Origin: Rubrobacter sp.
Lineage (GTDB): Bacteria; Actinomycetota; Rubrobacteria; Rubrobacterales; Rubrobacteraceae
NCBI GenBank assembly: GCA_016781705.1
Contig: JADDPV010000073.1
Location: 1-38,367 of the forward strand
Length of the DNA stretch: 38,367 nucleotides
Reading direction: 5' to 3'
In this document: in pieces, positions 9,820 to 18,483 of the stretch
Numbering within the stretch: the stretch's first letter is position 1
How the letters are laid out: each line of letters opens with the position of its first letter
The notes under the pieces: model-generated
Databases searched by the model: none
The model's input: only the letters and a program-made list of their open reading frames with translations
What the model was told of the DNA's origin: nothing
Position numbers and translations under genes: made by a program

Positions 9820-10479
9820 CTAAGCCCCTACGTGAACCTCGACGCCCGCGCGCGGCACCGGGCGGACGCCCAGAATCTCCAAAGCCGCCCTCGCGGCGGC
9901 CTGCTCGCTCTCCTTTATGGAGCCGCCCTCCCCCGAGGCGACTTCCCTGCCGTCGACGCCCACGGCGCTGGTGAAGTGCGGCCGGTGCGGCGGGCCGTGC
10001 TTGGCCTTGACCCGGTAGATCGGGCGCAAGCCCTCCGCCTGGAGCGTCTCCTGGAGGAGCGTCTTCCAGTCCCGCAGCTCGTCGGTGTCCACCTCGGCCG
10101 GGTTGAAGATCCGGTCTATCGTCCGGTACACGAGGTCTTTGTCTATCAAATACGCCGCCCCGATTATAGCCTCGACCGTGTCGGCGATGACGGAGTCGTT
10201 GATGACGGTACTCTCGATCTCCTCTTCTATTCCCTCGCCTCGCCCCACGCTCGCCAGGAAGGACTTCCTCACCAGGTGCGCCCGAATACGCGTCAAATCC
10301 CCCTCCAACAGCTCCGGGTAGCCGTGGAATACGAGCTCGGCGACCCTGCTGTTCAACACCGAGTCGCCCAAAAACTCTAGTCTGCCGTTGGAGTCGTAGG
10401 CGTCGGCGACGCTCGGGTGGGTCAGCGAGCGTTGCCGCAGCGGCTGGGGGAGCACGTCTATGAGGTCGCGTATCGTCAT
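9820..10479 (-). CDS. rnc: Ribonuclease III
   Basis: LTHPS, NGRLEFLGD, EGDL, ADTVEAIIGA, dsRBD KTLLQE...GPPH...KESEQAAA. Confidence 0.96.
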   Translation of the reverse strand: MTIRDLIDVLPQPLRQRSLTHPSVADAYDSNGRLEFLGDSVLNSRVAELVFHGYPELLEGDLTRIRAHLVRKSFLASVGRGEGIEEEIESTVINDSVIADTVEAIIGAAYLIDKDLVYRTIDRIFNPAEVDTDELRDWKTLLQETLQAEGLRPIYRVKAKHGPPHRPHFTSAVGVDGREVASGEGGSIKESEQAAARAALEILGVRPVPRAGVEVHVGA

Positions 10480-10492
10480 GGTCGTTCCAATA

Positions 10493-11788
10493 CTATTCTA
10501 CACTGGCGAACGCGACGACCACGTTGTGCCCGCCGAAGCCCATCGAGTTGGAGACTGCAGCCTTGAGATCGGGCGCTTTCCGGGCCTCGTTTCGGACGTA
10601 GTCGAGTTCTTCGCAGTCGGGGGCGAGCTCTTCGAGGTTGATCGTCGGTGGCAAGACCTTATGCTTGAGGGCGAGGGTACACATGATCCCCTCCGTCGCC
10701 CCCACCGCCCCGAACGAGTGGCCCGTCATGGACTTCGTCCCGGAGACCGCCGCGTGCGGCAACAAGCGCTGTATGGCCTTCGTCTCCGGCCCGTCGCCCG
10801 TCGGCGTGCTCGTCGCGTGCGCGTTGACGTGCCCGACCTCCTCGGGTGCCAGGCCCGCGTCGTCGAGCGCGAGGCGCATCGCCCGCTCCACGCCGCGCCC
10901 CTCGCCGTCCGGCGCGGTGACATGGTAAGCGTCGGTCGTGCGCCCGTAACCCATGATCCTCGCGATGACCTCCGCGCCGCGGCGCTCGGCGTGCTCCGGG
11001 CTCTCGAGCACCACCGCGCCAGCGCCCTCGCTCATCACGAACCCGTCGCGGCCCGCGTCGAAGGGGCGGCTCGCCCGGTGCGGCTCGTCGTTGCGCGTGC
11101 TGATAGCGCGGATCGCGCCGAATCCCGCCATCGAGAGCGGCGTGATGGGGGCCTCGGAAGCCCCCGCGATCACCACGTCCGCGTCGCCCCGGCGTATGAG
11201 CTCCAGCCCCTCGGCTATCGCCTCGCCGCCGGTGGCGCAGGCCAGAACGGGACACTGGGAAGGCCCTGTGGCGCCAAGCATGATCGCGAGCTGGCCCGCG
11301 GCCATGTTCGGCACCATCATCGTTATGAGGAACGGACTCACCCGCTTGGCGCCCCTCTCGTGCAGCACCCGGTACTCGCGCTCCCACGTCGAGATCCCGC
11401 CAATGCCGCTGCCCATGACGATCGCGGCGCGCTCGGGCGCTTTCCGGATCGTCTCGCCGATGCCGGCTTCCTCGGCAGCTTGCAACCCGGCCGAGACGCC
11501 GAGCTGGGCGTAGCGGTCCATCCGCCGCGCTTCCTTCTTAGACATGAAGTCCGTGGGGTCGAAGTCCCGGCACTCACCCGCGATGTGCGAGGGGTACGGC
11601 GACGGGTCGAAGAGCGTCAACGGGGCGATGCCGCTCTTGCCGTGCAGCGCCGCGTCCCAGAAGTTCTCCGTGCCCACGCCCAAGGGCGTCACCGCCCCCG
11701 TGCCGGTTACGTAGGCGAAGCCTCGGCCCTGGCTAAGGCCTCCCCCGTTTCGTGCCCCTTGGGCCCCTTCGGGAGACGCGTCGGTCAC
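10493..11788 (-). CDS. fabF: 3-oxoacyl-ACP synthase II
   Basis: Cys-His-His triad (LACATG, NAHATST, TGHSFGA), [10 protein letters not shown]. Confidence 0.97.
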   Translation of the reverse strand: MTDASPEGAQGARNGGGLSQGRGFAYVTGTGAVTPLGVGTENFWDAALHGKSGIAPLTLFDPSPYPSHIAGECRDFDPTDFMSKKEARRMDRYAQLGVSAGLQAAEEAGIGETIRKAPERAAIVMGSGIGGISTWEREYRVLHERGAKRVSPFLITMMVPNMAAGQLAIMLGATGPSQCPVLACATGGEAIAEGLELIRRGDADVVIAGASEAPITPLSMAGFGAIRAISTRNDEPHRASRPFDAGRDGFVMSEGAGAVVLESPEHAERRGAEVIARIMGYGRTTDAYHVTAPDGEGRGVERAMRLALDDAGLAPEEVGHVNAHATSTPTGDGPETKAIQRLLPHAAVSGTKSMTGHSFGAVGATEGIMCTLALKHKVLPPTINLEELAPDCEELDYVRNEARKAPDLKAAVSNSMGFGGHNVVVAFASVE

Positions 11789-12030
11789 GCGGCCTGGTGC
11801 TCCGATACGTAGTCCACGGCTTCATCGACCGTGGTTATCTTCTCGGCCTCTTCGTCCGGTATCTCCATCCCGAACTGCTCCTCGAGCTCCATAATGAGCT
11901 CCACGAGGTCGAGCGAGTCGGCCTCCAGATCCTCCCGGAACGACGCCTCGGGCGTCACGTCGCCCTCGTCCACCCCGAGCCGGTCGGCCGTGATCTCGCG
12001 GATCTTCTCCAGTATCTCGTCCCGTGACAC
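11785..12030 (-). CDS. acpP: Acyl carrier protein (81 aa)
   Basis: [14 protein letters not shown] phosphopantetheine site; start re-placed at GTG 12030 behind GGAGGGAG. Confidence 0.97.
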   Translation of the reverse strand: MSRDEILEKIREITADRLGVDEGDVTPEASFREDLEADSLDLVELIMELEEQFGMEIPDEEAEKITTVDEAVDYVSEHQAA

Positions 12031-12105
12031 GTCTAGCTCCCTCCCGACGGATACGACTCTTCCCTTGCCAACCTCCCGGACGTGTCCGCCCGAAAGACAG
12101 CGCGT

Positions 12106-12111
12106 AGTGTA
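12106..12111 (-). promoter_or_regulatory. Candidate -10 of an internal acpP-fabF promoter
   Basis: TACACT in the 93-bp fabG-acpP gap. Confidence 0.4.
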
Positions 12112-12123
12112 GCGCAAATCACC

Positions 12124-12864
12124 CTATTGCATAACCATCCCGCCGTCCACCGTCAGCGTCTGCCCCGTGACGTAGGAAGCGCCCTCGCTCGCCAGGAACG
12201 CGACGACCTCCGCGATCTCCTCGGGTTCCCCGAACCTCTCCATAGGTACCTGGCTGAGGATCTGATCCTTCACCTTCTCCGGCAAGGACCCGGTCAGCTC
12301 GGTCTCCACGTACCCCGGCGCGACCGCGTTGACCGTGATGCCCCGGCCCGCGACCTCCCGCGCCGCGCTCTTGGTGAGCCCGATGATCCCCGCCTTCGAC
12401 GCGGCGTAGTTGGCCTGCCCCGCGTTCCCGACCAGCCCCACGACCGAGGAGACGTTCACGATCCTACCCCACCGCGCCCGCAACATCCCCCGCAACACCG
12501 CCCGCGTGCACAGGTACGTCCCCTTGAGGTTCGTCGCCAGCACCTCGTCGAACTCGTCGCCTTTCATCCGCATGAGGAGGTTGTCGCGCGTGACGCCCGC
12601 GTTGTTTACGAGGATCTCGACCGGCCCGAAAACCTCGCCAACCCCCTTCAACAACGCCTCGACCTCGCCCGCCTCGGCCACGTCGCCCTTGAATACTTCG
12701 CACGCAGCGCCCGCCTCCCGGACGAGCCGCTGTGTCTCCGCGGCCGCTTCGTCATTGGCGCGGTAGGAGACGGCCACATTCGCGCCCCGTTCGGCGAGCC
12801 TGACGGCGATGGCGCGACCGATCCCTCGACCGCCGCCGGTCACCAGCGCGATCCGTCCCTCCAC
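12124..12864 (-). CDS. fabG: 3-oxoacyl-ACP reductase
   Basis: TGGGRGIG, NNAG, GNAGQANYAASK, VDGG. Confidence 0.98.
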   Translation of the reverse strand: MEGRIALVTGGGRGIGRAIAVRLAERGANVAVSYRANDEAAAETQRLVREAGAACEVFKGDVAEAGEVEALLKGVGEVFGPVEILVNNAGVTRDNLLMRMKGDEFDEVLATNLKGTYLCTRAVLRGMLRARWGRIVNVSSVVGLVGNAGQANYAASKAGIIGLTKSAAREVAGRGITVNAVAPGYVETELTGSLPEKVKDQILSQVPMERFGEPEEIAEVVAFLASEGASYVTGQTLTVDGGMVMQ

Positions 12865-13313
12865 TACTCCCCCGCCACCCTCTCGGCGAACGCGAACATC
12901 AGCTCGGCCTCGCAGACGCGCTCGCCGTCCACGGTAGCGGAGCCCTTGCCGCGGCCCGCCGTGCCCCGCAGGCGCGTGAGCTCGACCTCCATGCGAAGCA
13001 CGTCGCCCGGTATCACCTGACGACGGAACCTGACACCGTCTATGCCGGCGAAGAGCGCGAGCCTGCCGCGATACTCCTCCCTCACCATAACCCCGACCGC
13101 CCCGACCTGCGCCATCGCCTCGATGATGAGGACGCCGGGCATGACGGGGTAGTCCGGGAAGTGTCCCTCGAAGAACGGCTCGTTCTGCGTGACGTTCTTC
13201 AAGCCCACGGCCCGCACGCCTGGTTCGATCTCCTCGATCCTGTCCACGAGCAGAAACGGGTAGCGGTGTGGGATCAACGCGCGTATCGCCGCCGGCCCGA
13301 GCGGCGCTTTCAA
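12864..13313 (-). CDS. fabZ: 3-hydroxyacyl-ACP dehydratase
   Basis: [32 protein letters not shown]. Confidence 0.98.
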   Translation of the reverse strand: MKAPLGPAAIRALIPHRYPFLLVDRIEEIEPGVRAVGLKNVTQNEPFFEGHFPDYPVMPGVLIIEAMAQVGAVGVMVREEYRGRLALFAGIDGVRFRRQVIPGDVLRMEVELTRLRGTAGRGKGSATVDGERVCEAELMFAFAERVAGE

Positions 13314-14137
13314 GCCAGGATCTCCTTCGCCGCCCGGCCCTCTATCTCCACATCTTTGAAGTCTTTGAGCATCCTAACTAATGTCCCCCCTCCGGCCTCG
13401 ACCAGCTCCTCGACCCCCAGCGCCACCATCCGCTCGACGACGGCCACCCACCTGACGGGTGAGAGCATCTGGTCCTTGAGCGCGAGCCGAACGTCGTCGG
13501 CCCTGGCCAGAATGGCCCCATCCACGGCGCTGATCATGGGTATCGTCGGGTCCCGCAGCTCCACAACCTCCAGCAGCTCGCTCATCGCCAGCGACGCCTC
13601 CAGCATCAGCGGCGAGTGGAACGCGCCCGCGACCTCCAGCTTGCGCACCTTGCCTTTCACGCGCTCGGTTATGGCCTTGAGCGCGCCCTCCTCCCCGGAG
13701 ATGACGGTCTGGCGTGGCGTGTTGAAGTTGGCCGCCACGACGATGCCCTCCTCCTCGGAGAAGCCCTCGATAGCCTCCGCGACCCCCCTCGGATCGGACC
13801 CGATGAGGGCGACCATCCCGCCTGGGTTCTCCCGTGAGGAGTCGTTCATCAGTCGGTCACGGTTCGCCACCAGCCGCGCCGCGTCTTTCAACGTCAGGCT
13901 CCCACAAGCGTAAGCCGCCGCATACTCACCCAACGAGTGCCCGGCGACCACATCCGGCTCGACACCCGCCTCCCGCAGGGCGTGGAACGTGCTCGCCGAG
14001 CCCGCGAAGACCGAGAGCTGGTACGGTAACTCCCCGCCGTCGCCGACCAAAGGACGCACCGCTTCCCAAACCTCATCCGAGACCTCGGCGCCCGCCGTTC
14101 CCTGGCCGGGAAAGACCATTGCCCTCCGCAGCGCCAA
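13310..14137 (-). CDS. fabD: Malonyl-CoA:ACP transacylase
   Basis: [27 protein letters not shown]. Confidence 0.95.
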   Translation of the reverse strand: MALRRAMVFPGQGTAGAEVSDEVWEAVRPLVGDGGELPYQLSVFAGSASTFHALREAGVEPDVVAGHSLGEYAAAYACGSLTLKDAARLVANRDRLMNDSSRENPGGMVALIGSDPRGVAEAIEGFSEEEGIVVAANFNTPRQTVISGEEGALKAITERVKGKVRKLEVAGAFHSPLMLEASLAMSELLEVVELRDPTIPMISAVDGAILARADDVRLALKDQMLSPVRWVAVVERMVALGVEELVEAGGGTLVRMLKDFKDVEIEGRAAKEILA

Positions 14138-14150
14138 TTACTCCCCCATC

Positions 14151-15101
14151 CTAGATCCTGTACAGGTTCGCCGCCCACGTGAGGCCGAAGCCGAACCCCA
14201 CCGTCACGACGTATCGACCCGTCTCGAAGCTCTCGTAGATGTCCGGGTACGCGAGCGGGATGCTCGCCGCCGACGTGTTCCCGAACCGGTCCACGTTCAG
14301 CACGATGCGCTCCTCCGGCACCTCCATCCTCCTCGCCGCAGCGTGTATTATGCGGGCATTTGCCTGATGCGGGATGACGTACTGGACTTCGTCGGGGCTC
14401 ACGCCGTTGCGGGCGAGCAGCTTCTCGACGAGGTCCGGGAAGATCCTGCTGGCGAACTTGAAGACTTCGCGGCCGTTCTGGCAAAGCTTGTGGTCGCTCT
14501 GGCCGGGGTGTCCGGCGCGTCCGAGGGGGGCCATACGGCCGTCGGCGCCCAGGATGTGATCCAAGAAACCGGAGGAGCCGTCGCCCCGGTCGAGGACGAC
14601 GGCGCCCGCCCCGTCGCCGAAGAGTACGGCGGTGGCGCGGTCTCCCTGGTCCACAATCTTGGTGAACACGTCGGCCCCGACGAGGAGCACGCGCTTCGCG
14701 GCGCCCGTCGCGAGCATCGAGGAGGCGACCGAGGCCCCGTAGGAGAACCCGGTGCAGGCCGCCGCCACGTCGAAGGCGCCCACGCCCGCCGCGCCTATCG
14801 CCTCGCCCACCAGGCAGGCGACCGAGGGCATGGACTCGGGGGCCGTCGAGGTGGCGCAGACGACGAGGTCCACCGAGTCGCCCGGGACGCCGGCGTGGTC
14901 CAGGGCATGTTTCGCGGCGGAGATTGCGAGGGTGGCGCAGTCCTCGTCTTCGGCAACGAAGTGGCGTTGTTTGATCCCGGTGCGTTCCACGATCCAGGCA
15001 TCGTCCGTATCGAGGTGCTCGGCGAGATCGTCATTGGTGACCAGCCTCGAACCGAGAGCGCGTCCCACCCCGACCATGCGCCCGACCGCCCGTCCGTTCA
15101 C
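14151..15101 (-). CDS. fabH: 3-oxoacyl-ACP synthase III
   Basis: Cys-His-Asn triad (AACTG, PHQAN, FGNTS), FGDGAGA. Confidence 0.97.
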   Translation of the reverse strand: MNGRAVGRMVGVGRALGSRLVTNDDLAEHLDTDDAWIVERTGIKQRHFVAEDEDCATLAISAAKHALDHAGVPGDSVDLVVCATSTAPESMPSVACLVGEAIGAAGVGAFDVAAACTGFSYGASVASSMLATGAAKRVLLVGADVFTKIVDQGDRATAVLFGDGAGAVVLDRGDGSSGFLDHILGADGRMAPLGRAGHPGQSDHKLCQNGREVFKFASRIFPDLVEKLLARNGVSPDEVQYVIPHQANARIIHAAARRMEVPEERIVLNVDRFGNTSAASIPLAYPDIYESFETGRYVVTVGFGFGLTWAANLYRI

Positions 15102-16120
15102 GCGCCTCCTCCCGATCCCGGCGACGCCTCTGGCGGGGAGGCCGCGGCGAGCGCCCGCTCGGACTCCTCGACCAGCCCCGCGCCCGCGCGTGAGATGCCG
15201 AGCAGCGCGTTCTCGACCCCGCGGGCGCGAGAGTTGCCGTGTCCGATGACGACCGCCCCCTTCACACCGAGCAGGAAAGAGCCGCCGTAGTTCTCGGGAT
15301 CCACGCGGTCGCGGACGGCGAGGAGGTGTGGGCGAAGAGCAGCGGTGGCTAGCTTCGTGAGGACGTTCGCGGTCAACGCGCCCTGGACCATGCCCAGGAT
15401 CTCGCGCGCCACCCCCTCGGCGGTCTTGAGCACGACGTTGCCGGTGAAGCCGTCCGTCACGAGCACGTCGGCGACCCCGCCGCCTATGTCCCGCCCCTCG
15501 ACGTTGCCCACGAAGTAGACACGCTCGTCGGCGTCGAGCAGCCGGTGGGCCTCCTTCGCCAGCTCGTCGCCCTTCCCCGGCTCCTCGCCGACGTTGACGA
15601 GGCCGACCTTGGGTTTTCCTTCCAGGTCGAAGTATCTACGCGCGAACACGCTGCCCAGGATAGCGAAATTCAGGAGGTCGTGCGGGCGGCAGGAGACCGT
15701 CGCGCCCGCGTCGAGCAGCATCACGGGCCGGTCGAAGGGGAGCATCGTGGCGATGGCGGGCCTGCGGCAGCCGGGCAAACGCCCGACCTTGAGGAGCGCC
15801 GCCGCCACCGACGCTCCCGTGCTCCCCGCCGAAAAGAAGGTGTCGGCCTCACCCGCCCGGACCGCCGCCGCGGCGACCGCGACGCTGGAGTCGGGGCGGG
15901 CGCGAAGCGCCGCCGCCGGTTCCTCGTTCATGCCGACGGTCCCGCGAGCAGGTTTGAGAGATACGTTCTTTGGGGCGTCTTCGAGGAGTGGGTACAGTAC
16001 ATCTTCGTCACCGACGAGCTGGATCCCACCTTCCGGCAGCCTTCGTGCCGCGGCGAGAGCGCCAGCGACTATGTCTCCGGGTGCGTTATCTCCACCCAGG
16101 GCGTCCACGACCACGCGCAC
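15098..16120 (-). CDS. plsX: Phosphate acyltransferase PlsX
   Basis: [40 protein letters not shown]. Confidence 0.97.
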   Translation of the reverse strand: MRVVVDALGGDNAPGDIVAGALAAARRLPEGGIQLVGDEDVLYPLLEDAPKNVSLKPARGTVGMNEEPAAALRARPDSSVAVAAAAVRAGEADTFFSAGSTGASVAAALLKVGRLPGCRRPAIATMLPFDRPVMLLDAGATVSCRPHDLLNFAILGSVFARRYFDLEGKPKVGLVNVGEEPGKGDELAKEAHRLLDADERVYFVGNVEGRDIGGGVADVLVTDGFTGNVVLKTAEGVAREILGMVQGALTANVLTKLATAALRPHLLAVRDRVDPENYGGSFLLGVKGAVVIGHGNSRARGVENALLGISRAGAGLVEESERALAAASPPEASPGSGGGA

Positions 16121-16169
16121 CTTGCGGCTGCTTTCCGGTTACTTTGCGGCTACCCCGCAGACGGGTACG

Positions 16170-16355
16170 TTAGACGTTCGCCTCGACGGCAACGGCGGTG
16201 CGGCCCTTGTAGTGGCCGCAGTTCGGGCAGACGCGGTGGGGCATGCGTAGCTCCTCACAGTTCGGGCAGGCGGCGAGGCCGGGACCCTTGATCGCGTGGT
16301 GCGCCCGGCGCTGGTCCCTGCGCGCCTGCGACGTCTTCTTCTTCGGTACGGCCAT
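16170..16355 (-). CDS. rpmF: 50S ribosomal protein L32 (Zn-ribbon form)
   Basis: MAVPKKKTS..RRDQRRAH, CPNC...PHRVCPNCGHY; GGAGG SD. Confidence 0.99.
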   Translation of the reverse strand: MAVPKKKTSQARRDQRRAHHAIKGPGLAACPNCEELRMPHRVCPNCGHYKGRTAVAVEANV

Positions 16356-16387
16356 AATGCTACCTCCAGTCGTTGACGGTTTCGGAG

Positions 16388-16846
16388 CTAAAAGCCCGAG
16401 GCGAACAGGCCGTCAAGGCCTCGCCAGCGCGGGTCGGTCCCGCTCTCCCCCGGCTCCGGGCGCACGGGCTTCGTGCCCGGACAGAACACCTGCATCGGGA
16501 TTTCGCTTGGCAGCGCCTCCTCGGCGTAGCACCTCACGTCGAGCTCCCAGTCCTCCACGTACAGCTCCCGGTCGTTCGGGCCAGCGAGGAACTCCGACTC
16601 CCCGAACCGCAGCACGACGCTCGTCGGCTCCAGCGTCCGGTCACACGTGGTCGAGACCTCGCAGACCACCTCCAAGTCGAGGTGCAACCCCTCCGCGAGC
16701 CGCGTCACCCGCACCTTCGCGGCCGCTCCTTCCACTTCATGGCGCCGACCGTAAAGGTCGAAGGGGGATACGTCGAAGCGGGTCGAAAGCTCGCGCGTGT
16801 CCCCGACGCCCATCCCGGGGCGTTTCAGCTTGATCTTCTCGTTCAT
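16388..16846 (-). CDS. YceD/DUF177 family protein
   Basis: CDRTL, EEAL...P.Q..C, C-terminal DPRW..L; immediately upstream of rpmF. Confidence 0.88.
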   Translation of the reverse strand: MNEKIKLKRPGMGVGDTRELSTRFDVSPFDLYGRRHEVEGAAAKVRVTRLAEGLHLDLEVVCEVSTTCDRTLEPTSVVLRFGESEFLAGPNDRELYVEDWELDVRCYAEEALPSEIPMQVFCPGTKPVRPEPGESGTDPRWRGLDGLFASGF

Positions 16847-16869
16847 GCTCGTATGTTACTACGTAGCCG

Positions 16870-17325
16870 CTATTCGTCCGGGACGCCCTGCAGCTTCGAG
16901 CGGCCCCGCTGTACGGCCTCGAGGAGGCGGGAGAGGTTGTCTTCCAGGTTCGCGAGTACCTCGTCGGCGTAGTCCTCCGCGCCCAGGCGTATCTCGCGCT
17001 CGCGACGTCTCGAGTCTTCCAGGATCTCCGAGCCGCGCTTCTCGGCGCGCTTGAGGACCTCTTCTTCGGAGGTTATCTTCTCCGCCTCTTCCTGCGCGAC
17101 GCGGATGATACGGTCGCTCTCAGAGCGCGCCTCGTCGAGCATCGCCTGGCGCTCCTTGACGATCCAACGCGCCTGCTTGAGCTCCTCGGGGATGGTCTGG
17201 CGCATTTGGTCTATCACGTCGAAGGTGGCGTCGCGGTCGATCATGGCCGTGTTGCCAAAGCCGGGAAAGCTCCGCGCCTCCTCGACCAACTCCTCCAACC
17301 TGTCTATGAGCACCAAAACGTCCAT
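16870..17325 (-). CDS. SepIVA/DivIVA-like coiled-coil protein
   Basis: LEELVEEAR..P...IPEELKQAR...A.DYAD.VL...V.RGR..L; coaD-X-yceD-rpmF synteny typical of Actinobacteria. Confidence 0.8.
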   Translation of the reverse strand: MDVLVLIDRLEELVEEARSFPGFGNTAMIDRDATFDVIDQMRQTIPEELKQARWIVKERQAMLDEARSESDRIIRVAQEEAEKITSEEEVLKRAEKRGSEILEDSRRREREIRLGAEDYADEVLANLEDNLSRLLEAVQRGRSKLQGVPDE

Positions 17326-17334
17326 CGTTATATT

Positions 17335-18393
17335 CTATCCTTTATCGCCCTTCGCTGCCCGTCCGTCATCCACATCCAGGTATACTCGCTGAATGATCTC
17401 CCGTATCTCCTCGGGCACGAGCCCCCGTACGCTACCGCCCAACGAGGCTATCTCCCGGATCGCGCTCGATGAGAGGAAGCTGTGCTCGGAGGCCGCCATG
17501 ATGAACACCGTCTCGAATTCGGGGTAGAGCGTGCGGTTGAGCTGCGCCTGCTGGAACTCCGACTCGAAGTCCGATCCTGCCCGCAGGCCCTTGACCACGA
17601 CGCGCGCGCCCTGCTCGCGGGCGAAGTTGACCAGCAGTCCCTCCATCACCTCCACGGAGACGTTCCCCAGAGGAGCGGTGACCTTCTCTATAAGGCTCGC
17701 ACGTTCGGCGGCGGAGAGCCTGGCGCTCTTGCGAACGTTCTTGCCGACGGCGACGACGACGTGATCGAAGAGGGCCGCCGCGCGTCCGATAACGTCGAGG
17801 TGCCCGCTCGTCACGGGATCGAAGCTGCCGGGGCAGACCGCCACCTTCATGGTTGTCGGCTTGGGTTTCTCGAAGATGGTCACGACCGTCCCCCCGTAAC
17901 GGCGGCTGTTACCCCCGAAGTCCTCCAGGAGAGCATCGCCGCTCTCGACGACGACGCGCCCGCTGGGCGTTAGCAAGGCCGGAAGTCGCCGCACGACATC
18001 CCTCAGCTTCAAACCCGAGATTTTATAAGGTGGGTCCGCGAAGATCAAATCGAACCGCCGCCCCCCACCCTCAAGCTTGCCCAGCACCTCCCCCGCCACG
18101 TCGCCCCTGACGACCTCGCCACGCTCTTCGAAGTTGGCACGCCGCAGGTTCTCCCTGATCGCCGCTACCGCCCGCCCGCTCGTCTCCACGAACGTCGCCC
18201 GCTCGCACCCGCGGCTCAGAGCCTCGATCCCCAACGCCCCCGTCCCGGCGTACAGGTCCAGGACCTCACCCCCGTCAAAGAACTGGCCCAGAGAGTTGAA
18301 GAGCGCCTCACGTACCCGGTCGGAGGTCGGCCGGACACCATCAGGGACCGCGGCCAACCGGACGCCGCGCGCAACGCCGGCGATGATCCTCAA
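17335..18393 (-). CDS. rsmD-coaD: Fused RsmD (16S m2G966 methyltransferase) - CoaD (phosphopantetheine adenylyltransferase)
   Basis: N half MRIIAG..RPTSDRVREALF, DLYAGTG, DPPY; C half PGSFDPVTSGH, KGLR..DFE.E, SSSAIRE; single open frame. Confidence 0.93.
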   Translation of the reverse strand: MRIIAGVARGVRLAAVPDGVRPTSDRVREALFNSLGQFFDGGEVLDLYAGTGALGIEALSRGCERATFVETSGRAVAAIRENLRRANFEERGEVVRGDVAGEVLGKLEGGGRRFDLIFADPPYKISGLKLRDVVRRLPALLTPSGRVVVESGDALLEDFGGNSRRYGGTVVTIFEKPKPTTMKVAVCPGSFDPVTSGHLDVIGRAAALFDHVVVAVGKNVRKSARLSAAERASLIEKVTAPLGNVSVEVMEGLLVNFAREQGARVVVKGLRAGSDFESEFQQAQLNRTLYPEFETVFIMAASEHSFLSSSAIREIASLGGSVRGLVPEEIREIIQRVYLDVDDGRAAKGDKG

Positions 18394-18483
18394 TGAGGCA
18401 TCTCCTGTTGAAGACGCCGTGGGTCGTCGTGAGTCGTGAGCGGTATACCGTGTTTTCTCGGCTCACGGTTCACTATTTTCGAC

